Shown: positions 22,671-32,656 of the stretch, one piece after another | How the letters are laid out: each line of letters starts with the position of its first letter | Numbering within the stretch: the stretch's first letter is position 1 | Assembly: GCA_964187785.1 (NCBI GenBank) | Contig: OZ076409.1 | Coordinates: forward strand, 9,550,001-9,614,000 | Source: Amphiscolops sp. MND2022 | Lineage: Eukaryota | Direction of reading: 5' to 3' | Length of the DNA stretch: 64,000 nucleotides | Translations under genes and position numbers: made by a program | The notes under the pieces: model-generated | The model's database searches: none | Told to the model about the DNA's origin: nothing | Seen by the model: only the letters and a program-made list of their open reading frames with translations

Positions 22671-25145
22671 ATGAAAAACAACAACTTCCGCAGTCTTTGG
22701 AATTCGATCACAAAGACATTAAGTCGTTCGAACACCCATCGGCACTCACATCTTTCAAAGAGGGGTAGGGAAGCTGCCTCACTACACGCCAAAACACCGA
22801 AAACACCAGAACCCGTGGCGTGCGAGACAAACCTCAGTGCAATATCAGACCTAACCTCAGACCCCAGGGAGGAAGATTGGCCAACTGATGACAGTTTTAT
22901 TATGGAACCCGATTTTTCAGACCCTATGTCAGACAACGCATCAGAAGAATACCAGACCAAACAGGTCACCAGGACGGCAGACGATATCGGGGGATCAGCC
23001 GACGAAACAGGAAGTCAGGCGCACACGTCCAAATGGTTGCAAGAACTGACCAAAGTAGCTGTCACACCTTTCGGTACTGACGAAGCGAGAACATGGCCCA
23101 ACTCCAACAGAACAAATGCTGAGGAAGAAGCTGAAATGAGTTGCTTGAATGCTACTGGACAATTCAAGGCTCCCAGCATGGCAAGCGAGAGCACTGCGAA
23201 CACGGCAGAGATATTGCAACAAATGTCTTATGTCGGGGGTATGAATTATGCCAGAGCGCGCTTGCAAGAAGCCACTGCACCCCGGCCATCGGGAAAAAGT
23301 AGACAAATACGGCCTCCAGCTCTACTAGCACAGACTGGCACTACAGGACCTCATGGCGACTCGCGCTCGTCCTCACCTTCATCAAAAGCTGTGTCTGGTC
23401 GATCTTCAGCATACCGAGCTGTACATGAAGCAGCAAAGGCGCGTAAAGCCCTGCTGGAAGCCCAAGCTGGTGTGAAGCAAGCTGCTTCCCAACTATCTGA
23501 GCGCAAGGCGAGGTGCGATAGAGAACATCAGGCAATTGTGGAGGAGATTGAAGCTGTGCAATCTGAGTTAAGGACTTCCACTGGGCGACAAATGCAAGGA
23601 CAGGAAGTACAAGCTGCTCGCATGGATGCCATGGGTTATCGAATGGCTGAAATGAAGGATATGATGGCCCAAAGAGAGGTACGTATGGAAGCCCAAATTC
23701 AGGAGGTGTGCTCGCAAATACAGGCGATGGGCACTGCGCTAAAAAATGTCCAGCCTCAATCAACTCTACCAAACAACACCATCAAAGAACTATTGCAGGA
23801 GACTGACATGTCCCTACCAAAGCCTGTGAAGAGTGTTTCACTCAAACCAAAAGAGAGTATAATCACCACGAAGAAACCCTCAGGTTCCAAACAACCTATG
23901 GCGAGATACGCACCCCTACCTCAACCCCTTGTTTCGAGTGGAGAAGCTGTATCAACGTCCACGAAGCTTATCCTTCCAGCACAAACAAAGTTTATCCCGC
24001 CAATAACGAAGTCTCACGAAAAGGAACCAACGTATGAAGCAATAACCCTTGAAACTTCGAGCATGGGTATCACAGGTCTACGAGAACCCACGTGCATCAA
24101 CGAATTGACCAACACCACGAGTACCTTCCAAACAGCAAACGCGACTTTGGGAGAGTCAAATGCAGAATTCCAAACTGCGGACACTGGATTGCCCCCGGCC
24201 AATCCGTGCGCAAGCAGCACCCGACGCAGAGAAGTGATCATCTCGGAGAACACCGATGATTCAATTAACTCTACACGAGGTAGCAGTGTTCCACCACTGG
24301 CAACAACTGAAGAAGCACCAATATCACCGGAACAACTCAGATTCACTGAAGCGATATCAAAGGCAATGTCCAAAGAACTGGCGCCATTAATTGCTAATCG
24401 TGATCAGACGAGAGTCCGTCCTACAGTGTATAAAGGTACAAAAGACGGAACAGTTGACGGGTGGCTTCCACTGATGAAACGCTTCCTGGAAAGGGTACAT
24501 GCAAAATCATCAAACGTCGACAAGGCATGGGCAATAATTGATCACCTAGAAGGAGAAGCAAGAAACTACATTATCAATAAGTCAGAACCTGAACGAGATA
24601 CACCAGACAAGGTGTTCGCCCTCCTAGCCAGCAGATTCGGGACAGGTGGCAACCGTATGCACGTCCGGCAGACCTTTATGTCTCGCGTTCAACAGGAGAA
24701 GGAGGATTGGATGCAGTTTTTGGACGCATTAGAAGGCCTGCGCACCCAAGGTTTTCCAGATGAGCCTATCACTACCCGTCGTTACGAAATCCTGCAACGC
24801 TTCATAGATGGTGTGAACGACCCTACACTGCGACAAGAATTGGCTGTGGTGTACGCGGCGGAGACGTATCTGACTGAACCGCCCACTGTGGAGTCCTTGA
24901 GATTCACCACGCGGCAATTGCAGCGACACCGTCCAACAACGTCAAAGCCCTATGATCCTAGATATGCGATGAGATCAAGGCCTCACCCTTTTGTGCCAGG
25001 AAAAGTGGTTCATCCAGCACCAGGTCTGCCACAAAATGTGCTCCCTCCAAATCAAGGACAACAACACGAGGCAAAGCCCCAAATGGCCCCACCAGCTCCA
25101 GCGTCGGTACAACAAGCTGCACCGCCCCACAACCAGCGAGGATAG
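22671..25145 (+). CDS. gag: Gag of element 1 (coiled coil plus capsid-like region); frameshifted before its zinc knuckles
   Basis: 824-aa ORF with YKG..DGW...HLEGEARNYI..LASRFG capsid-like motifs. CFNCGLPGHFAREC and CVNCGMTEHSASQC knuckles follow in the pol frame. Confidence 0.85.
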   Translation: MKNNNFRSLWNSITKTLSRSNTHRHSHLSKRGREAASLHAKTPKTPEPVACETNLSAISDLTSDPREEDWPTDDSFIMEPDFSDPMSDNASEEYQTKQVTRTADDIGGSADETGSQAHTSKWLQELTKVAVTPFGTDEARTWPNSNRTNAEEEAEMSCLNATGQFKAPSMASESTANTAEILQQMSYVGGMNYARARLQEATAPRPSGKSRQIRPPALLAQTGTTGPHGDSRSSSPSSKAVSGRSSAYRAVHEAAKARKALLEAQAGVKQAASQLSERKARCDREHQAIVEEIEAVQSELRTSTGRQMQGQEVQAARMDAMGYRMAEMKDMMAQREVRMEAQIQEVCSQIQAMGTALKNVQPQSTLPNNTIKELLQETDMSLPKPVKSVSLKPKESIITTKKPSGSKQPMARYAPLPQPLVSSGEAVSTSTKLILPAQTKFIPPITKSHEKEPTYEAITLETSSMGITGLREPTCINELTNTTSTFQTANATLGESNAEFQTADTGLPPANPCASSTRRREVIISENTDDSINSTRGSSVPPLATTEEAPISPEQLRFTEAISKAMSKELAPLIANRDQTRVRPTVYKGTKDGTVDGWLPLMKRFLERVHAKSSNVDKAWAIIDHLEGEARNYIINKSEPERDTPDKVFALLASRFGTGGNRMHVRQTFMSRVQQEKEDWMQFLDALEGLRTQGFPDEPITTRRYEILQRFIDGVNDPTLRQELAVVYAAETYLTEPPTVESLRFTTRQLQRHRPTTSKPYDPRYAMRSRPHPFVPGKVVHPAPGLPQNVLPPNQGQQHEAKPQMAPPAPASVQQAAPPHNQRG

Positions 25146-28100
25146 TTCCCCAAGGAGCATGCTTCAATTGTGGATTACCCGGTCACTTCGCGCGGGAATG
25201 CCCAAATAAGGATCAAGCAAGGAAACCCATTGCTCGCGCTGCGCCAAACGAACGAGTAAATCTTTGCGAAAGTAATGTGGCCTCGGCATGTTCCGGTCCT
25301 ATGTTCTGTGTCAATTGTGGTATGACTGAACACTCAGCATCACAATGCCAAAACGTTCCAATACATGAAGATTTGGCCTACAGCCTCTGGGCTGCACAGC
25401 CATCAACCCCTCAGACAGTGAGCGATAGTGAAATGGTTCTCCCAGCTGAAGCCGTTCATGTGGCAACCTCTCTTACCGTTACGTGCGGTAAAATTCAAAT
25501 CCAGACGAGTCCAGAGCCAACTACTTTCGACCCTTCTGGACGCACGATAATGTCCGCCAGATTGCTACTGGCTATTGAGAGGGGAACACGCCCAGAACTC
25601 ACCATCGACGCTTTGATCGAAGAGATGACTACCAATGAAAATTATCAGCAATTGACTCTACCTCAGCCCGAAGAGTGGCAAGTCAAGGGAGTCACTTCAA
25701 CCTATCATGCCTATTCTCCTGTTCCAGTTAAAGTTTGCATTGATGGCGTCGACATGCGTTTTGGAGCGACTGTAATAACTGATGCGTTTCCTCCTGGAAT
25801 TTGCTTGGGACCTCGAGAGCTACGCTGCTACAATATTGATGCTCAAGAACCATCTGTTGAAGCGAGAATCGATGAGCGTGCGTCGCTCGTAGTTTCATTC
25901 ATGGTCCCTGATGATGTACCCATACCACTGCGCGGATTGATAGACACTGGATCGGGGGTATCTATCCTCACGTTCTCGGCCTATAACCGTGTCGCCGTGC
26001 GCACTGGTACACTTCTGCGACCCTACAATATTGATTTGTACGCGGCGAATGGAAAGACGATCAAAACTTTTGGTCTAGCAGAGAAAGTCAAATTCCAGCT
26101 GGGAGGTTACGAGTTGGAAACTAACTTCGTAGTGGTTGACGATGCTATGGGAGTGGAAGACTTTCTTCTAGGCAGGAACTTCCTCCGAGCCTATCAGGTC
26201 TTGGTAGACCTCACTGCGATGAAAGTCATTGTCCGAGCCCCCTCGGAACCAGTATGGTATCACGCCCATGCGCAGGTAAGTGATGAATCGCTTAGCTCGT
26301 CGGTAGCTACGGCAGAGGACATAGTTTTGCAACCCTTTGAACGCGCCATACTGCGCGCTAAGTTACTTGCAAGTGATCTAGAACCTTTCATATTCCGTGC
26401 TGTCTTAATCAATTTTCAAACACCTAATCGAATGTTGAAAAACGCCATATTTTTAGAAGACACTGTGGCAACCGTGGGGGAAACAGGCTTCCTTTACATC
26501 AGTTTAGGAAACCTTACTAGCAACGTCCAGCGGGTCAAAAAGGGAACCCTCTTGGGAACCGCAATACCCGTGACCATGGTCCATAGAGCCATCCCCCAAG
26601 TTGTCCCCGGACAAGCAACTGAAACTCAGCAGTCAAATGCAAGTTATGTTTGTAAAGTATATGAACAGATTAATCTTGATTCTTCTTCTGAATATAGCTT
26701 TTCATCTGAATTTGAGTTTTTGTCTTCTACTGATCCCTCGGAGCTAGGTTTGTCAGATCGCGAAACAAAAAAACGCACCGATCCGGCACTAATGGCCCCA
26801 ATACCGGGCCCGGAAGCGCAACTCGACGAAGTACGCAATTTATGGGGTCCGGCCGCCAGCGACACGCTCGATAAACTTTTAAAAGAGTTTGACGATTTGT
26901 TCATGAAGTACAAGGCTGACATTGGTAAGTGTAAAATTGCTAAGCACCCGGTGGAAGTAGAGCCAGGGGCTATACCCCACCGCGAAGGTGCACGACGAAT
27001 GTCGCCTGACAAAGCAGAACGGGCCAATCAAGAAGTTCGTGATTTGCTAGCTTTGGGAATGATACAACCTTCTCTATCCCCTTGGGCGAGTGGTATTGTC
27101 ATGGTCAAAAAGAATAGTGGTGAATTACGATTCTGTTGTGACTTTCGACCACTCAATGAAGTGACTATCAAGGATGCATATCCTCTACCACGAATTGACG
27201 AGAGTCTATCTCGATTAGGGAAGGCAAAGATCTATACCAGCATCGACGTAGCATGGGCATTCTGGCAAATTCCTGTCCGAAAGGCTGATCGTCAAAAGAC
27301 TGCCTTTGCTTGTGAACTTGGATTATTCGAATGGCGGCGCATGCCCTTTGGGATGTGCAATGCATCAGCGACATTTCAGCGGGCAATAGCGCGAGCGCTA
27401 CAAAGAATAGTCAATCGTGAAGGAAGTATGGTGATGGCCTATATCGACGACATCGTGATAGCTACTGAAACCATCGAAGACCACACGGATAGGCTTCGCG
27501 AAGTATTCCAGTGTCTACGCGAGGCCGGTTTCAAGATGAGAGTATCCAAATGTGATTTCATGAAGTCAGAAATCAAATACTTGGGTCGAGTGGTATCTGC
27601 AGATGGTATCCAACCAGATCCTAAGGCTGTCACGAAATTGAGAGATTGGGATATTCCGCGCACCAAAACCGAAATACAGAGCTTTCTGGGTTTTGCCAAC
27701 TACTACCGCGATTTTATCCCCTGGCATGCTAAATTGGTTGCCCCTCTGCACGCGATGACGGGTACAGGCTCTTCCTTTTTGTGGGGGGAGGAGCAGCAAC
27801 GAGCCTTCAACGGCATCAAAGTGGCACTAATGGAAGCCACCGCTTTGGCACAACCCGACACCGAAGGCGAATTCGTGCTAGACACAGATGCCAGCGGCGT
27901 AGCAATATCAGGTATTCTTCACCACTGGCAGGGACCACCCGAAAACCGCAAATTACGACCAATTGTGTTCGGAAGCAAAAAGTTGACTTCTACACAAGCC
28001 AAGTATGGAGCACCGAAACTGGAAATGTACGCTGCATACTACTTCATCTTGAAGAACCACAGCTATCTCTGTCCCCGAAAATTTACATTGAGAGTCAATA

Positions 28101-30142
28101 ATCAAGCCCTCTCATGGCTGAAGACATATTCGATGGATCAGGCGATTATTGGTCGATGGATAGTGGCTCTAGAAAAATATCATTTCAGCATTGAGCATCG
28201 ACCCCGAACACAACATCGAAATGCCGATGGCCTTAGTAAACGAACCAACGACTATAAAAAGCATGAGAAACAGCTACAAAATCTACCAGCAATTGCTAAC
28301 AAATGGAACTTCCTATCGCAAGAAGAATATGACAGACTCCCACTAGCCCCATGGTTTGATGTTCAAGGACGCGTGATACCGAATCACCCCGACCTGCCTA
28401 CGCACTTGCAGAGATTGGCCACCCAACACTCACCTCAAACCACAACGATCGCTCCCACACGGAGAAGCGGACAAAGTAAACAAAGTGCGATCATGCGCGA
28501 CAAAGCGATGAAAGCGCCTATGCCTACACTGCCCAAACCCGAATTGGAGATGCCTGCAGATTTCTATCCCGAATATCCCGAGGATTGGCTAGAATCAACC
28601 GAAGAATATCATTGGGACTACTTGCTTCCCACACATGCTGCCAATGTCCCATCAAGAACGACCTACCCGTTGACTGGGGAGGAAAAGCAAGCGACTGATA
28701 CCGCGCCCGAATACGTGAAGCAGATGGCACTAGTAGTTGAAAGTGTATCGATGGAATTACATGAACACGCAAATACAGTTCATGGATTGAAGGATCTCCT
28801 TTCGGCACAGAACCGCGATGTCCACATCTTGGCCAACAAGAAAATGGTAATGAAAGAATCAATAGATGACGACATATTTCCCGAGAACGTGCGCCGATTC
28901 GCCAAAAATTATTACAAACAGAAGAAGAACCTCCTGCTGATTAACGCCAACGGCGTGTTGTGTGTGAGATATCCCAAGAATCAGAGAGCACTGCATGAAC
29001 GCCCATGTATGATTGTGATGCCCCAATTATACCAGCATGAGATCTTGTTCAAGGCCCACGACGCGATGGGACATCAGGGTATCGCAAAGGTGCTGGCAAA
29101 GATACAAGAACGCCACACCTGGCCAGGAATACGCCGCACCATTGGGCAATACGTTAGCCAATGCATAACCTGTCAACAGGTACGCGATAAGCCTGGTGAT
29201 GTACGATTTCACTTGAAGAACATTCAGAGTGGCTACTTCAATGAGTTGGTTCAATATGATCACTTGAAAATTTGTCCCTCAGATGATGGCAACACTGGAA
29301 GCCTGGTCATCATTGATCACTTTTCCAAACTCGCGGAAGCAGTACCATGCAACCACGACGAGTACGATGCAGCAACCACCTCGAAGATATTGCTGCAAAA
29401 ATGGTTTGCCCGACATGGTACACCAACAAGGATGCAATCAGACAACGCTCCAAACTTTACCGCGGCAGTATCTACTGAGTTCAGGAGAGCAGCACAGGTG
29501 ACTAAGGTTACCTCAACCGCTGGTCACCCTAAAACTCAAGGACTGGTGGAACGACAAAATAGAACATTGCTTACCCTGTTGCGTGTGTTTTGCTCCCGAC
29601 GAATGCGAGACTGGGACCAATACTTAGATGAAGTGATGGGTGCGTATAATTCTACACGTCATGCAACGACTGGGTTTTTCCCGTATATGTTGACGAGAGG
29701 CATGGAAAAAGCAATACCCCTGACCTTCCTGTACCCAGAATTCGCCACTCAGTCATTCGAATCGCACGAGGCATATGTGGAACATGTCTTGGCCCGACAG
29801 CAAGAGATCCATGACTTAGTTCGTCGGAATACACATCAAGCCCAACAACGACAGAAATTGAAATACGACCGAGCTATTCGTGCTAAAGCTTATGAAGTGG
29901 GCGAACCTGTTTGGGTCTTCTGCCGATACATTCCTCAAAAGGGATCTCCCAAACTGATGAGAGCTTGGCGTGGTCCTCACAAAGTAGCACGAGTGTTACA
30001 GGAAGGACGCGTCTACATACTCGACACTGGTCAAAAGGTACATTTTGAACGACTAAAACCGCATCACGGTGGTCCAACAGAGTGGGCCGCAATCCCTGCG
30101 CACAACGGTGAAGTTGGATCCAGACCCAGAGCAGTCTCATGA
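25142..30142 (+). CDS. pol: Zn knuckles plus Pol (protease, RT, RNase H, integrase) of element 1
   Basis: LIDTGS protease; MPFG..YIDD RT; TDAS RNase H; HDAMGH..CITC and D-D(35)E (QYDH/SDNA/VERQN) integrase; WRGPH GPY/F-like motif. Confidence 0.95.
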   Translation: MVPQGACFNCGLPGHFARECPNKDQARKPIARAAPNERVNLCESNVASACSGPMFCVNCGMTEHSASQCQNVPIHEDLAYSLWAAQPSTPQTVSDSEMVLPAEAVHVATSLTVTCGKIQIQTSPEPTTFDPSGRTIMSARLLLAIERGTRPELTIDALIEEMTTNENYQQLTLPQPEEWQVKGVTSTYHAYSPVPVKVCIDGVDMRFGATVITDAFPPGICLGPRELRCYNIDAQEPSVEARIDERASLVVSFMVPDDVPIPLRGLIDTGSGVSILTFSAYNRVAVRTGTLLRPYNIDLYAANGKTIKTFGLAEKVKFQLGGYELETNFVVVDDAMGVEDFLLGRNFLRAYQVLVDLTAMKVIVRAPSEPVWYHAHAQVSDESLSSSVATAEDIVLQPFERAILRAKLLASDLEPFIFRAVLINFQTPNRMLKNAIFLEDTVATVGETGFLYISLGNLTSNVQRVKKGTLLGTAIPVTMVHRAIPQVVPGQATETQQSNASYVCKVYEQINLDSSSEYSFSSEFEFLSSTDPSELGLSDRETKKRTDPALMAPIPGPEAQLDEVRNLWGPAASDTLDKLLKEFDDLFMKYKADIGKCKIAKHPVEVEPGAIPHREGARRMSPDKAERANQEVRDLLALGMIQPSLSPWASGIVMVKKNSGELRFCCDFRPLNEVTIKDAYPLPRIDESLSRLGKAKIYTSIDVAWAFWQIPVRKADRQKTAFACELGLFEWRRMPFGMCNASATFQRAIARALQRIVNREGSMVMAYIDDIVIATETIEDHTDRLREVFQCLREAGFKMRVSKCDFMKSEIKYLGRVVSADGIQPDPKAVTKLRDWDIPRTKTEIQSFLGFANYYRDFIPWHAKLVAPLHAMTGTGSSFLWGEEQQRAFNGIKVALMEATALAQPDTEGEFVLDTDASGVAISGILHHWQGPPENRKLRPIVFGSKKLTSTQAKYGAPKLEMYAAYYFILKNHSYLCPRKFTLRVNNQALSWLKTYSMDQAIIGRWIVALEKYHFSIEHRPRTQHRNADGLSKRTNDYKKHEKQLQNLPAIANKWNFLSQEEYDRLPLAPWFDVQGRVIPNHPDLPTHLQRLATQHSPQTTTIAPTRRSGQSKQSAIMRDKAMKAPMPTLPKPELEMPADFYPEYPEDWLESTEEYHWDYLLPTHAANVPSRTTYPLTGEEKQATDTAPEYVKQMALVVESVSMELHEHANTVHGLKDLLSAQNRDVHILANKKMVMKESIDDDIFPENVRRFAKNYYKQKKNLLLINANGVLCVRYPKNQRALHERPCMIVMPQLYQHEILFKAHDAMGHQGIAKVLAKIQERHTWPGIRRTIGQYVSQCITCQQVRDKPGDVRFHLKNIQSGYFNELVQYDHLKICPSDDGNTGSLVIIDHFSKLAEAVPCNHDEYDAATTSKILLQKWFARHGTPTRMQSDNAPNFTAAVSTEFRRAAQVTKVTSTAGHPKTQGLVERQNRTLLTLLRVFCSRRMRDWDQYLDEVMGAYNSTRHATTGFFPYMLTRGMEKAIPLTFLYPEFATQSFESHEAYVEHVLARQQEIHDLVRRNTHQAQQRQKLKYDRAIRAKAYEVGEPVWVFCRYIPQKGSPKLMRAWRGPHKVARVLQEGRVYILDTGQKVHFERLKPHHGGPTEWAAIPAHNGEVGSRPRAVS

Positions 30143-32447
30143 AGATATTCGAGATGATGCATCACAACCTTCCTATCGTGCGGAAGAACCACTGTCGGAA
30201 GCCAGCAACGTCTCCTTGCCTTCCCGACAAAGACATTGGATGGATACTCGACTGCGTACTCGTACACGCGCTGGTGGCAGTCGACTACATTACCAACAGT
30301 TCGATCATTCCGAAACGGAATCTGAAGACGAACGATCTGATGTACTTCTATCAAGCGCTCAGGTGAATCCCGACAAGAGTGTGATTCTGTCGCCACTTGT
30401 GGATGAACCCGTGCCTATCCTTGAAATGCCGATCTTGCCATTACCTGCTAAGGAGGCTCTGTTCTCAGAGAACGAAGCAATACCTGACGTCAATGAGAAT
30501 ACCGAGAGTCCTCCTACTCAGGCATCTGCCCCTACTCAGATACCTACCAAGAATGCTAGCATTTCTTTAGCCGGTACGTCTGCTCCACTGTTAACGAACC
30601 CATCTCTCACGGATATGCTGAGTAATTTCCCCATTTCTCCATTGATTGACGATAGTGTTCCGAATTCACCCTTGGAGAATGATGGTAACGAATCGCTAAT
30701 ATCCGATGGTCAAGAAGAGTTAACTCCCCCCATAGTTATTCCAACCAACAACACAACCATAGCAGTAAAGCTTCCTGGTGTTCCCAGAGGACATCAACAC
30801 AGCAGACCACGAAGACATCCGCCCGGCAGAGCAAGGCTGCGAGCCTCGCTGCCGCGTGGCCATCAACAAAGAGGCGCTGTTAGGGGAGCTCGCAAGAGAG
30901 GATGCCCCAGAGGCAGACCACCTCAAGCAACACGTACTGAACCCAATGCCTCCACCCGTGTTCATCATACCCCATCTGTGGATACTGATTCTTCTGCTCC
31001 TAGTGCAGCAGTCACCTCAGATCAAGCGCAAACGCAGGAGTTGCCTAATACTGGCTATGGCCTACGACGTAATCGTGCCCCCAGATACCGCTGTGGAACA
31101 TGTGGCCTACGAGATTGTAAATGCAATAATCTGGTCCACGCGGACTTCCCAATTAGACCCCGGGGAGTCTTACTGACACGTGAGAAGGAGACGCCACTCC
31201 CAAACGGCACAGTCGACCGTTTGACCATTCGAGCCGAGAAGACGTACACTGGGCTACAACGCAGTGAAAACCCGTATCCTATAGACTTTATCCTATCCAA
31301 GATGAAAGGCTCGACAGTAGCGAAGGCCCCATGTCCGAGATTCAAGGAATGGACTTATGATCTTCGCGGTCTTGAGTTCACACTGCCTGTTACTGTTCCT
31401 CCATTACCCGCTAATATTGCTTTCGGTCCCTTTAACTATGAACGAGAACCCAATCAGATGGTACGTTGCATTCCAGCTGACCTCTTGTATGATAGGTATA
31501 ATGTCGTTGCAACGCCAGGGGATGTGTATCAACCAACAACTCATTGGTGGCTATTGGTCACCGCCCCTCGCGCTTCTGATTTGGTTGACCCTTTAACCCT
31601 GCACACTTGTCTCGAGAGTTTACGAACCATGGCCTCTCCTAACAAAATAACATGTTTCCACGTCATCGACTTGTATCGCGGCAAAGTCAAGTTTGAGTGG
31701 TGGTTGGAACTTATCATCGCGAGCTTATCGAGTTTCCCTCGAATCCGCTTTCTCGACGAGTGGACACATTCTTTTCCACGACCCACTTCACTCCAATCTG
31801 CCTTGCACGCGCTGGATACATGGTCCAGGGCGAACATCGATAATCAATCCTTGCCTCGCTCGGTGTGGCAAGACTTGGGAACGATTAAGGGCTGTCTACC
31901 GGCTTCCTGTGATGATGGCCTCTCCAATGATCCTGGACGAGAACTGGTATATCATGGAATCGTGCGACCTCAACTGGTCGACTACATACAGTATGCCAGC
32001 ACGGATTTCCTACAAGCTTCCCATCATGTTGTTTTGTGTTGCCCCGCGAATCTGGAGACTAATTCTGCCGCCCTTCGCTACGTAATGCGTGAGCATGGAG
32101 CCGACACCATATTTCGACTCCGACCGGAAGTTGGAAATGTATTGACGCTCCCTGTGTCTATGATTAACGACAAACCCCAAACTATACATTTATTGATTAC
32201 GCGCGCCACGCCCCGTTGCCCCATGATAGCTGATACTCTTTTCGTATGTCTGGAATATTTGAAAACGTTACTCGAACGCCTAGAAGCCACCGAGGTTTAT
32301 TTTGCTATCATCGATCCCGAGCGCCCGATACGTAATCTCTTTGATTTTTATACCTGCTTAATGGACGCGTTCGCTGATACACCTTTGTCTGTGGTATTAC
32401 ATGATCGCATTTACGTTTCCATCGCGAGCATCGCTAGCTTTCCGTGA
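30069..32447 (+). CDS. probable Pol C-terminal extension: low-complexity linker, CxxC-rich motif, tandem macrodomain-like (TARG1/OARD1 class) folds
   Basis: 792-aa ORF overlapping the pol end. Motifs IQYASTDFL..VVLCCPANL..IHLLITR..LFVCLEYL and VRCIPADL..WLLVTA..LHTCLESL parallel TARG1-type macrodomains. Confidence 0.65.
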   Translation: MVQQSGPQSLRTTVKLDPDPEQSHEDIRDDASQPSYRAEEPLSEASNVSLPSRQRHWMDTRLRTRTRAGGSRLHYQQFDHSETESEDERSDVLLSSAQVNPDKSVILSPLVDEPVPILEMPILPLPAKEALFSENEAIPDVNENTESPPTQASAPTQIPTKNASISLAGTSAPLLTNPSLTDMLSNFPISPLIDDSVPNSPLENDGNESLISDGQEELTPPIVIPTNNTTIAVKLPGVPRGHQHSRPRRHPPGRARLRASLPRGHQQRGAVRGARKRGCPRGRPPQATRTEPNASTRVHHTPSVDTDSSAPSAAVTSDQAQTQELPNTGYGLRRNRAPRYRCGTCGLRDCKCNNLVHADFPIRPRGVLLTREKETPLPNGTVDRLTIRAEKTYTGLQRSENPYPIDFILSKMKGSTVAKAPCPRFKEWTYDLRGLEFTLPVTVPPLPANIAFGPFNYEREPNQMVRCIPADLLYDRYNVVATPGDVYQPTTHWWLLVTAPRASDLVDPLTLHTCLESLRTMASPNKITCFHVIDLYRGKVKFEWWLELIIASLSSFPRIRFLDEWTHSFPRPTSLQSALHALDTWSRANIDNQSLPRSVWQDLGTIKGCLPASCDDGLSNDPGRELVYHGIVRPQLVDYIQYASTDFLQASHHVVLCCPANLETNSAALRYVMREHGADTIFRLRPEVGNVLTLPVSMINDKPQTIHLLITRATPRCPMIADTLFVCLEYLKTLLERLEATEVYFAIIDPERPIRNLFDFYTCLMDAFADTPLSVVLHDRIYVSIASIASFP

Positions 32448-32656
32448 TTTTTTTTGTTGTTTTCTCGTATTCTTAGTTAGTTAAGCTTAATGAGTTGACG
32501 AAGTATGAGTGTATTTCTTGCTTTACCTTACTTATCCTTATGTCATTAGTTCCGCTACCTGGTTACCTGTCTTTGGTACTGCCCCAATGTGATTTTATGT
32601 ATTGCACTGCAACTGATCAACACGCAGTCAACTTGCGCTCTTTCAGAGACTTGGTG

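Noticed and set aside
25121..25145. programmed gag-pol frameshift in element 1
   Set aside because: No slippery heptamer, and the break precedes the Gag zinc knuckles. One extra C in a C-run restores a single gag-pol frame, so mutation or assembly error is more likely.
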